Positions 1 through 9,208 of a DNA stretch of 42,567 bases are shown piece by piece. The position numbers and the translations under genes are program-made. The first letter of the stretch is position 1; each line of letters begins with the position of its first letter. The stretch spans positions 1 to 42,567 of the forward strand of contig JARQWU010000064.1 of NCBI GenBank assembly GCA_040182905.1. The letters run 5' to 3'. The notes under the pieces are model-generated. The model was not told the DNA's origin. It saw only the letters and a list, made by a program, of their open reading frames with translations, and did no database searches. The DNA is from Barthelona sp. PAP020 (taxonomy: Eukaryota).

Positions 1-1
1 A

Positions 2-124
2 ACATTGATCAGAGAAAATGAGAATTTGAAATTGTTACTAAGACAGTATTTGAACGGTATTTCGGTTAGTGATGAGGTTTTGAATGAAGCTAATCCTTTA
101 TTTATGGTTTCAAGTGCTTTATGA
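2..124 (+). CDS. DRC2: 3' end of dynein regulatory complex subunit 2 (CCDC65/DRC2), partial
   Basis: The frame from nt 2 reads [40 protein letters not shown]. This matches the recalled DRC2 C-terminal motif EN..L..LL+QYL.GIS+.++VL...NPL. Not in the ORF track because it is truncated by the window edge. Confidence 0.75.
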   Translation, partial: TLIRENENLKLLLRQYLNGISVSDEVLNEANPLFMVSSAL

Positions 125-358
125 AAGAAAGAAGTTTTCATATTAATTGTATTTCGTAAATTAGTCCGTTGTAAAGGTTTTTCAATATATAAATATATGT
201 ATAAACACATTTATTTGTTTTAATTTTGCTGTTGAAAGAAGATTTGAAATTTGTTTCAATGGATGGGCAGTTGAAAATCATTTTCACACAAATTTTTTAT
301 ACATTTATTTTACTTACTAAACAAAGTTAAGAATATCTTTTGTTATTTATGAATATTA

Positions 359-3300
359 ATGTTTAATAAGGATATAGATTTATCGAATCGAAAGCCAAAT
401 AATTTTTCGAAAACAAAAGAAGCAAATAGTCACACACATAGTTATTTAACTGGTACCAAACAAGAAGAGAAAGCGTTTTTACCAAAAATAACGAAAACAA
501 AACAAAAAACCACAGTAAATAAAGAAAGGAAAATTAAAAATGATAAAAAAAATGTACCAACTTTAAATAAATTTGAAAAATCAATGATATTAAGTAAATC
601 AACACTTAATATTCTCAAAGAATTACAATTTAATGATGATGAAATGATACATTTTGATGATTTAATTCAAAACATGAAAAAACATTCTTTAAATTTTTCA
701 AAACGATTTTGGCGAAGAATATTTGATAATATAGTTGTGAGTTTAAATAATAAAACCAATTTTTTGACTGAAAGTACAAACACCATAACAAAACAGGCAA
801 TGATAATATATTTTGAGAATAATTCGATTGAACTAAAAGAGCTAATGATTGATACTCAACATACATTAAGTGCGACCACTATCTTCACAATGGATCAATT
901 TACGAAGGTTTTTAACAAATTTAATGAGTTTGAGAATGAGCGGGTTGATGTACATGGGTTTATTGATGGGTTTCAAGAGATATTAAAATTAGATTTGATT
1001 GTAATGGAATATCTATATAGCAAAATCAATGTTGATTGCGAAAAGACCATTAGTAAGACTGATTTTGCCAATTTCTTTTTAAATTTGGAAAAAACTCAAT
1101 CGATTGCACAAGATGATGTTATGTATCAATTGCAATTTGAAACTGAATTTCCACAAATTCATTGTCGCATGATTATTGCTGTCAAACAAGACCCTAGTTT
1201 TCATGATCATCTTATTTCAGTTGATACGGGTGGATTGATTGTTTGGTGGAATATAAGGAACAACCAACCTGTTAAAATATGTCAAATTACAATGAATAGT
1301 GGATTCCAGTTTGGACTATTAAATTTAACAAACCTAAGTAGTATTTCTAAACATATGCACAATCAAAATTCAAATTGCTTGGATACTAACGTAAACTGTA
1401 CCACTCACATCAGTCAATATTTAGTTTTTGGTTTGTTAGGCCGTTATATTGCTATAATGAATGCCTCTACTGAAGCAATGTATCAAATAGGTCCAATTAA
1501 ATATGTTCCTACTGCTTTAAATGCTTTTGAGCATGATTTTAAATATTATTTAGTTATTGGTGATGATTTTGGTTTTATTTATGTTATTAAGGATTTCATT
1601 CATGAAGGGATACGAATGAACGGTAAGAATTCCAAGAGAATTGCCAAAAACGGTTTAAAAGTACATAAAGGATCTATTACCTCAATATGTAAGATTCCAG
1701 GATATGATAACAATGGAATGGTTGCCACTGGAGGTTCAGATGGACACATTTATTTCATTAACTGTTTAAGTTTGACAATATCTCATGTTATCAAAAATGT
1801 GATTCCTGCTGGAATTTTAAAGATTGTTGCGGAACAATTCCAAAAAAATTTAATTATTTCTGGTATTGATAGACATGTCAAGATTGTTGATTTTGCTCAT
1901 TATGAAGTTGTTGGACAAATAGATGGACATGAAGGGTCAGTACCTCTTCTTGCCCTTGAATTTAACCATTCCATCTTTCTTTCTGTGTCTTCTTCAAAGA
2001 TTGCTAGGTTGTTTGATGCAATTTCTGCTAAATGCATTCAAACAATCCATCTTGGAAAATTTAAATTCACTCCATCAGATGTTATTACCAGTTGTTTTTT
2101 AAACGAATCCAGTTGCATCTTGGCAGGATCGTTCCTTTTGAAATATTCAGTTGAAAAGCAAATCAAAGATACAAGTGGCCATATTAGACCTGTTACACAT
2201 GTGTGCTATCATGAAGAATTCTCATGTATAATTTCTTTGGATGCCAGTGGACGTATTTGTATATGGGATCTATTTACTGGTTACTTAAGTTTAATGTTCT
2301 CTTTAGATATTGAAAGTTCAGTGACCTACATGGGTCTTATACACAATGGAAGACATTTAGTCTTGAGTGAGTCAAATGGACGTGTATTCACCGTAAATTA
2401 TCATAACGGTGCCATTATTGATGACTATCACGATAAAACACAAGAAATTACCAAAGTGGTTGGAAAACTTACCGAAGATGGCAGTCGTTTAATTATTGCT
2501 GTTGGTTGGGATAGGAAAGTTTCTGTTTGGATCAAATCTAAAGCAACAAATCTTAATTCTTACAAAGAATTACCAAATCTGAATTCAAATGTTAGTTCTT
2601 CAGATAAAAACGTTGGGCATAATACTGATATTGAGGATATTACCGAATTCTTGATTAATCCGAGCTCTAGTATGTATTTTACTGCTGCTTCTGATGGAAT
2701 GATATTTTGTTGGAATATATTAACGGGTATTCGAACACGGTTAAGATTTCTTCATCCGGCATTACTTTATAGACAAAAAAATATCACAGAAAACATTGGG
2801 TTTCTTGCAATTATGTTTTTAAAAGCTTCTAATTTTTTACTTGCATTGGCACAAGATGGTGTTCTATATGTTTATGACCCAACACCTTTGGACATAAACA
2901 ATATTGGATTTTCCCCTGCACAAAATGAATTGCCTATTTACAGAATTGTTGTCTTTGGTAAGAATGAGGATGTTGGATATTGTGATTGGAGTGTATCATT
3001 TGATGGTGATATTTTGATAATTGCTGATACAAATGGGATGTTGAGACCTTTCAACATTGAAGGAATTAAGAATTCAAAAGAGAATATTTTAATCAAACGT
3101 TTGGAAACTTTTCAACTTTCAAGAGAACCGATTGCTTCTATTTGTTCTTTACCTCTTAAAAAACCTTCGTTTTTGGTTACATTAAAAAATAATTTATTAA
3201 TTATCACTGAAAATGGAGAACTATTAGCAAAAATGGGTAAAACTCCTTACTTTATCAATGATTTCCAACATTTCATTAAAACTTTTCCAAAAGTTGATTT

Positions 3301-3808
3301 TAATCAATTTGATACTCAATTACCTGTTCTCAATTCCGATTATACAGTTACAAAAAGATTTACTTTCGATGAAAAGAAAGATCGTGAAAGTGAACAATAC
3401 AAATTTTCCAGTTTTGACAAAAAATCCAACATATTGGATCAATTTGCGGAGTTAGGGCCAGAAACAAACATAAATATAAATAATTCTAACAAAACAGAAT
3501 ACAATAATCAAATCCGACGAATGAGCCTTTCTTTAATCGATGAACTCAAACATTCACCAACTCAAAAAGCAAAAACTTTGAGAAGAAAATCCATGTTTAC
3601 AACCTTAACTGAAATTGCTGAAACAGAACCAATGCATGTTAGAGTTCCTTCCTATTTAAAGCAATCACCAGAAGATAAGCAATGGAATATCGATTATCAC
3701 AATAATTTTAACAAAATGTCTTTTGCGTCAATAGAAGAGATAAAGAAACCAATATTGCCTGTATTTTTGAAAAATAATAAGGATAGAAAATTTTCATTTT
3801 CTGCTTAG
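359..3808 (+). CDS. WD40-repeat protein with N-terminal EF-hand-like region (WDR49/WDR64-like)
   Basis: 1149-aa ORF. It has several GH...WD-type repeats (HKGSITSI..ATGGSDG, GHIRPVTHV..ICIWD, AVGWDRKVSVW) and an EF-like segment (KINVDCEKTISKTDF). Confidence 0.75.
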   Translation: MFNKDIDLSNRKPNNFSKTKEANSHTHSYLTGTKQEEKAFLPKITKTKQKTTVNKERKIKNDKKNVPTLNKFEKSMILSKSTLNILKELQFNDDEMIHFDDLIQNMKKHSLNFSKRFWRRIFDNIVVSLNNKTNFLTESTNTITKQAMIIYFENNSIELKELMIDTQHTLSATTIFTMDQFTKVFNKFNEFENERVDVHGFIDGFQEILKLDLIVMEYLYSKINVDCEKTISKTDFANFFLNLEKTQSIAQDDVMYQLQFETEFPQIHCRMIIAVKQDPSFHDHLISVDTGGLIVWWNIRNNQPVKICQITMNSGFQFGLLNLTNLSSISKHMHNQNSNCLDTNVNCTTHISQYLVFGLLGRYIAIMNASTEAMYQIGPIKYVPTALNAFEHDFKYYLVIGDDFGFIYVIKDFIHEGIRMNGKNSKRIAKNGLKVHKGSITSICKIPGYDNNGMVATGGSDGHIYFINCLSLTISHVIKNVIPAGILKIVAEQFQKNLIISGIDRHVKIVDFAHYEVVGQIDGHEGSVPLLALEFNHSIFLSVSSSKIARLFDAISAKCIQTIHLGKFKFTPSDVITSCFLNESSCILAGSFLLKYSVEKQIKDTSGHIRPVTHVCYHEEFSCIISLDASGRICIWDLFTGYLSLMFSLDIESSVTYMGLIHNGRHLVLSESNGRVFTVNYHNGAIIDDYHDKTQEITKVVGKLTEDGSRLIIAVGWDRKVSVWIKSKATNLNSYKELPNLNSNVSSSDKNVGHNTDIEDITEFLINPSSSMYFTAASDGMIFCWNILTGIRTRLRFLHPALLYRQKNITENIGFLAIMFLKASNFLLALAQDGVLYVYDPTPLDINNIGFSPAQNELPIYRIVVFGKNEDVGYCDWSVSFDGDILIIADTNGMLRPFNIEGIKNSKENILIKRLETFQLSREPIASICSLPLKKPSFLVTLKNNLLIITENGELLAKMGKTPYFINDFQHFIKTFPKVDFNQFDTQLPVLNSDYTVTKRFTFDEKKDRESEQYKFSSFDKKSNILDQFAELGPETNININNSNKTEYNNQIRRMSLSLIDELKHSPTQKAKTLRRKSMFTTLTEIAETEPMHVRVPSYLKQSPEDKQWNIDYHNNFNKMSFASIEEIKKPILPVFLKNNKDRKFSFSA

Positions 3809-4095
3809 CATGTTGTAAATATTTGTTTTTAATTGTTTTTCATTTTTCAATTATTTTATTCATATGATTTCTTTAACTTCACAAATATGCTCTTTATATG
3901 AACTTTTGATAAACAAAATTTATTGATAGTGTAAAAACCCTTCAAATTCAAGGAAGTATTAATTTTAAAGATCAATATCCTTCAATTTTCTTTTTTAAAG
4001 AAATGGGAGACTATTATCAACAGGTAGACAATATATTGAACAAATAAAATCCAATTCAACAGATTTTTTTTTCTCCCAATTTCTGTATCAAAAGC

Positions 4096-4947
4096 ATGGG
4101 TTTTTTTGACAAATTAAACAAAGCATATCAACAAATTAAACAAGAAGTTGGTGTACGAACCGGGCAAAGAGAAACTTCTTCTTTTCCTATTGAATTTCTT
4201 CAAGCCAAAGCAAAATATGAAAAATTATTAATATTAACAAGAGAGATGAATGATGCTATGTTAAATTTAGCTGATTCTATGAATAGATTTGGTAAAACTC
4301 AAAACACAATATCACAATATTTGAAAGAATACACGACAGGTTTTGATGATAATATTAAAGAAAAAAGTGAAAATGATGATAAACCAGAAATTAAACCTAT
4401 GAATAGAACGACTGAATTGATTTCTTCAATTGAACCTTTAAATATGCTTGGAGATTCTTGGACATCGCATTTTCTTTCAACTACATCGTTTTTTCATCAA
4501 TTAAATGGTTTGGAATCAGAAATTTTAGCACCTCTCAAAACAAAATTGGAAGAAACTGAAACTACTCATAAATGGGTTGATTCTTTAAGATACGAATTGG
4601 AGAATTGTTCCAGTGAGAATTATGATGCTGCTATTACTGAGTTTAGAAATGCCAATGTAGAATATACCTTGATATTAAACATATGCATTGCAGATGTTCA
4701 CTTTGCTCAAAAAAAAATTGAAACAACCATATTAAATTGCTTAACTGCGTTTTTAGATTGTCAACACAAAACTTATGCTGAGGGATTTGTCCATCTAGCA
4801 AATGAAAGAGAAAGGCTTCATAATGTGTTGTCCGTTGATCTCATGTCAATCCCTAACTGCGATTTAATTCCCAAAGATCAAATAGCTGGCAATACCTCAG
4901 ATTTAAATTCTGACACAATTCAAAAAGAAAACAGTGATTTATTGTAA
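4096..4947 (+). CDS. BAR-domain-like helical protein
   Basis: 283-aa ORF. It has an amphipathic N-terminus (MGFFDKLNKAYQQIKQEVG), long helices and a C-terminal LTAFLDCQHKTY segment typical of BAR helix 3. Confidence 0.6.
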   Translation: MGFFDKLNKAYQQIKQEVGVRTGQRETSSFPIEFLQAKAKYEKLLILTREMNDAMLNLADSMNRFGKTQNTISQYLKEYTTGFDDNIKEKSENDDKPEIKPMNRTTELISSIEPLNMLGDSWTSHFLSTTSFFHQLNGLESEILAPLKTKLEETETTHKWVDSLRYELENCSSENYDAAITEFRNANVEYTLILNICIADVHFAQKKIETTILNCLTAFLDCQHKTYAEGFVHLANERERLHNVLSVDLMSIPNCDLIPKDQIAGNTSDLNSDTIQKENSDLL

Positions 4948-5510
4948 ATAAGTAAATGAAAGTGTTATATTTTTTTGTTTTATCTTTGTGAGAATGGTTT
5001 AGACACTCTCTTTAAATCCTCAAACTCAAAAGAACAAACAGCTTTCGGTTGCTCAAAAATATGCTGTATCTTCATCATTATTAACATTGGCATATATATA
5101 ATATCATGGCTCTGAGTGAATTGAAATGCAGGATTTATTTAGTTGATGACTCTTGAGGATCAATTAATCTATTGTGACTTTGTGGTGTTGTCCCTGAAAC
5201 AAGTTAAGACTTTCAATCTTTTTTTTCAAAAATATAATTAATAGGTGTGGAAAGAATTTGTCTCAATTCATGTTTGGCCACTAAGAAAAATGATTTTTAG
5301 CATTGCTTTAATACATTGTGGCAAAAAGAAATTATAGAAAGAACAGAGTCTATCTAAAAAACTTAAATATTTTATTCTTATGCTCCAAATTCATAGTTTA
5401 TAAACAAAAAATTCCTTTTGACTTTGTGATCTACTTCAAGTCATTGAAATAATTGTGTTAAAACACTTTACTACTGAATTTATTTCCCCAATACATAACA
5501 TTTTCCACTG

Positions 5511-5592
5511 GCAAGCGTAGTCAAGTGGTCAACGACGCTGGATTCAAGTCCCAGTCCCTAGAGGTTCGTGGGTTCAAGTCCCACCGCTTGCA
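5511..5592 (+). tRNA. trnL-CAA: tRNA-Leu (anticodon CAA)
   Basis: Acceptor stem GCAAGCG/CGCTTGC with discriminator A; D-arm TAGTCAAGTGGTC; anticodon loop TT-CAA-GT; long variable arm; T-arm GTGGG-TTCAAGT-CCCAC; TTTT just downstream. Confidence 0.93.
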
Positions 5593-5676
5593 ATTTTAAC
5601 CAGGTTTTTATAAGGTTGAGGATCGAGTCTCCAACATTTCAAGTTCACGTTGGACGAAAGGGTAAAATTAAATGCT

Positions 5677-5763
5677 NNNNNNNNNNNNNNNNNNNNNNNN
5701 NNNNNNNNNNNNNNNNNNNNNNNNNNNNNNNNNNNNNNNNNNNNNNNNNNNNNNNNNNNNNNN
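5677..5763. other. Assembly gap (87 N)
   Basis: Run of N in the sequence. Confidence 1.
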
Positions 5764-6845
5764 ACGGTGTGTTATTGAAATGAGTAGTTGGGAAAGCCTT
5801 GAATTTGAATCCTGGCTGTTTGAAATGACTTAGTTCTGATTGAAAGATTGGACGATATTGAATCCCTAAAAAAAAAAGAAATGACTTCAATAACTTTGGA
5901 TAGAAAATTTGATTAAGGAAATTCAGACAATGGTTGAAAATTTTGGGAAAATTTCTTTTGTAATCTTTCAAGATTCTTTATTAGCCAGTAACATTAGATT
6001 CTTCTTTGTCTTAAGCTCAACTAGTTGTTTTATTATTTGATAAATTTTGAAATACGAGAAATTTTGCTTGATTCAAATTCTGGCGCATTTCTTCACGATT
6101 TTCTTTTTCCCTCCTTATGAAATTCTGTCTGCGACCAATTACTTTTGCTTGATAAAATTACAGACATTAAATGAAAGCTTTTACTTGTTCATGATTGTTT
6201 GGCTTACTTGTCACTGATAAAGTTGTGCATTGAACACTTCAAAGATTCTTTAAGTTCAAAGTTGGAGCTGAGGTTGGTGTACTTTTAATTTTTTCACTTC
6301 ATCTGATTCACTTTGAATGTTTCTATAGAAATTCCCATGAAAAACTTAGTTATTCCTTGAGCTCCTCTTCCATTTATTGGTTTGTCCTTTACCTTACAAA
6401 TCTATCTGTTAAGTATTACAGCTTAAGCTTTTCAATTTTGATAACCCCTAATATCCGAATTTCCAACAAAAAAAACATTAAAATGACTTGTTCAAAACAA
6501 GAGTTTTGGAAATGCAAAATGTGTTGCCTGATTCATTTCCCTTGAATTGATCCACTTTCTCGAAATAATATCTTTTTAAAATTTGTTGTTCTCTTTTCAA
6601 ATTATTTTTCAACCTTATTTGACCATCCTTTATTAAATTTCGTGAGAAAAAAACACAAAAAAAACAAAAATTTATAAACTTATCAAAGCCGCATTATGCA
6701 AATTAAATTGTATTCTCTATGACCATATTTAAACGCTTTAACTTCATTCAACACATAAAAACAATCATTGATTGATTTTTTTCATCTTGAAAAAACAAGA
6801 GAACTGAAACATAAAAGGTTCAAATTGAAAATTTGTGTGATTCAT

Positions 6846-7253
6846 TCATTCATTATTGTTATCAGTGTGAAAGAACATTTGGGAAACTTCGTTAATTCTC
6901 AAGTCATGAGCAGTAGGAAGTGAATCAGGGTTGGGTTTCTTTTTTGTTGAATAAACAGCAAAATGATCAGTAATATAGTTATGAGAATGCAAAGGAGGAG
7001 TCAATCTACATTGATTGAATAAAAGCAACCAGACTAATAAGAAGAAAAAAATCCATATTGAAGCAGGTATTGCCAGCGCCCAATAATTATAAGGAATATA
7101 TTTAAAATTAGAGGTCTCATTAAAAACAGAATGAGGAATAAACATCCATAAAAATATCATTCCAAATACAAAAAAGGATAACACCCAAATAACAAATCCA
7201 AATATCGCACGTGAAGCAGAACCTCTGTTATTAATTTCACTTTCTTCAGACAT
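6846..7253 (-). CDS. PIGP: GPI-GlcNAc transferase subunit P (PIG-P/Gpi19)
   Basis: AIFGFVIWVLS...FLWMFIP...YIPYNYWALAIP...LTPPLHS..YITD...DLRINEVSQ is the PIG-P signature with two TM helices. The first ATG is at 7253 (MSEES). Confidence 0.88.
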   Translation of the reverse strand: MSEESEINNRGSASRAIFGFVIWVLSFFVFGMIFLWMFIPHSVFNETSNFKYIPYNYWALAIPASIWIFFFLLVWLLLFNQCRLTPPLHSHNYITDHFAVYSTKKKPNPDSLPTAHDLRINEVSQMFFHTDNNNE

Positions 7254-7340
7254 AATCAAACAGAAAAAAAATTTCTTTTTATTAGAGTATTCATCTGAAT
7301 GATTGAAAAAGATTGTGATAAAACGTTTGTTTATTTTAAA

Positions 7341-7886
7341 ATGGCCATTATTCTTTTAATCACAGATTCCAAAAAAAAAAAAGCTGCAAATTAGTTTTTA
7401 GTTTTGAAGATCAGTGATTCATGATCATTTGAAGAATTCCAAAAGAAATATTCAAAAGATTTAATTGAAAATTGTTTGGAGGTGATTGGGAAAGCTGATA
7501 CTATTATTGAAACGTTTCCAAAAACAATTCAACAACATGCATTGAACGATATAACTTTTAAAAAGATTATGAATAATTCCCTAAAGCAATTGCTTAGGAA
7601 TTTAAAACACAATTTGGAGATAGGAACTGAAAATGTTGTGATTGAAAATGAATTAAATGGAAAATTTTCAGAATTAATTAATATTTTGACTTATATTAAC
7701 CAAGAAGATATTGACACTAACCATGATATTGTTAAATTTATGGAAAAAGAAAAAGAATTGAAAATGTGTGAGTATTTATCACTGGAAAGTGATGTAATTT
7801 TGTTAGAAGACGAGTTTAATAACCTAAATAGTCAGATAATATAAGTAGTGAGTGAGGTAGATGCTCTGGTTGAAGAAAAATTATGA
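7341..7886 (+). pseudogene. Stop-interrupted reading frame (probable pseudogene; hypothetical protein)
   Basis: The ATG at 7341 (ttttaaa context) is in frame with ORF 7476-7844. In-frame stops occur at TAG 7392, TGA 7422 and TAA 7842, after which VVSEVDALVEEKL continues to TGA 7884. Confidence 0.45.
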
Positions 7887-8116
7887 AGTTCAATTCTTAT
7901 ATCTGTCTTGTCTCTTACAAGATAAAATAAATAAGAGTACAAGGATCCCGTTGGTATTTGATTGAATTTGGAAAAAAATAAATATTTACATTTTACGGCA
8001 CAATGTTTCCTTTACGAAAGAATGCATCTCATTTTTACATTTTCACCTTACTTTTTACAATATATATATACATAACATACACACAAAACAACAGTAAATT
8101 AACAGTAAATTACTGA

Positions 8117-9013
8117 TCATTGATTGTTGCTGATTTGGCTTTTTTTCTTTTTCAACGTCAATTTTGAACGAATTTTATTTTTGATTGAATACGGAGAAAC
8201 GATATTCACAGCATAAGGAGACACATCAAGATTTTTTTTTCGATTTTTTTTTGTCTTTGAAGCAACATTATCAGTTTTCTCAAGAATCAAAGTTGTGGTT
8301 TTGTTGTTGTCAAAAATTTTCTCCAATTTCTCTTTCCTCAATTTTTCTTCAGTCATTCTATTCAACCTTGCAGTTAATATGCTTTCTTCTTGTTTAAGTT
8401 TGTCTAATTCATGAGATAAGCTGTCTGAACGTTCTTGTAATTCTATTTTGAAGCATTGATCCATTTTTTCATCAAAAATATGTTGAAGCTTATTTTCAAA
8501 CGTTTCTGCAGCTAATTGTTTTGTTCTTTGTTTTCTCTCAAACTTTATACGATTTGTTTGTGATAACCTTTCACCAATTTGAATTTTCTTCAGTTCAGCA
8601 ATATGATTTGATTCTGCTTTCGTCTGTTTTCTATTCATCTGTTTTGTTCTCAATAAATTATCCAAAGCAACCTTCTTATTTCTTTCAATTTCTTCATTCA
8701 TTTGTTTTGTTTTTAATTTTCTTTCAATTATATTTGCTTCCTGTGCACTCTTTAATCTTTCACTTCGTTGTTTCGATTCATTTCTTTGCAATAAAGCATC
8801 ATCTTTTTTTGATAAATTTCTTTCTTCAAGTTCAATTTTCTTCTTTAATTCTTCCTCTTTTAATTGTAAAGTGCGTATTCTATTTTGTTTTATCATTTTT
8901 TCAGTCTCCAATTTGTGAATTTTTCCATATGAATTTCGACTTCTAGAATTACGCGATGAAGAAGGTCTCGGTGATTCAACATATAAAGAAGGACTTGGAA
9001 ATATGTCCTTCAT
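8117..9013 (-). CDS. Basic coiled-coil protein, paralog of 27905-28777
   Basis: K/E/R-rich ORF with first ATG at 9013 (MKDIF). It shares the motifs NRIR.L..KEE.L.KKI, EEIERNK and NRIKF with the second copy. Confidence 0.75.
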   Translation of the reverse strand: MKDIFPSPSLYVESPRPSSSRNSRSRNSYGKIHKLETEKMIKQNRIRTLQLKEEELKKKIELEERNLSKKDDALLQRNESKQRSERLKSAQEANIIERKLKTKQMNEEIERNKKVALDNLLRTKQMNRKQTKAESNHIAELKKIQIGERLSQTNRIKFERKQRTKQLAAETFENKLQHIFDEKMDQCFKIELQERSDSLSHELDKLKQEESILTARLNRMTEEKLRKEKLEKIFDNNKTTTLILEKTDNVASKTKKNRKKNLDVSPYAVNIVSPYSIKNKIRSKLTLKKKKSQISNNQ

Positions 9014-9208
9014 TTTGAAAAAATGATTTTGAACAAGAAAATTTTTTGAAATTGTCAATCCATGAAGACACTTTCCCTTTCAACCGTCTTTCTTCATTTT
9101 ACTTTGTTTATTACAAAAGCAATAATACAACGAATCTTTACTAAACAGTGTGAATGCATAAATTGTCGTTTGAATTCGAAAAAAAAATATATAGAACGCA
9201 TTTTATCC

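Noticed and set aside
5511..5592. tRNA read as Sec or opal suppressor (TCA occurs in the loop)
   Set aside because: The stem register puts CAA at 34-36. The 7-bp acceptor stem, A discriminator and G37 fit tRNA-Leu.
5568..5971. ORFs 5568-5783 and 5645-5971
   Set aside because: Both span the N gap, the first overlaps the tRNA, and neither has a recognisable product.
6330..6450. Alternative genetic code (TAA/TAG = Gln), suggested by protein-like reading through TAA codons on the minus strand
   Set aside because: Conserved genes end at TAA or TAG exactly where expected (GRP94 RDEL-TAA, NSA2 VLLI-TAA, UBA1-TAG), and long ORFs have no internal TAR codons.
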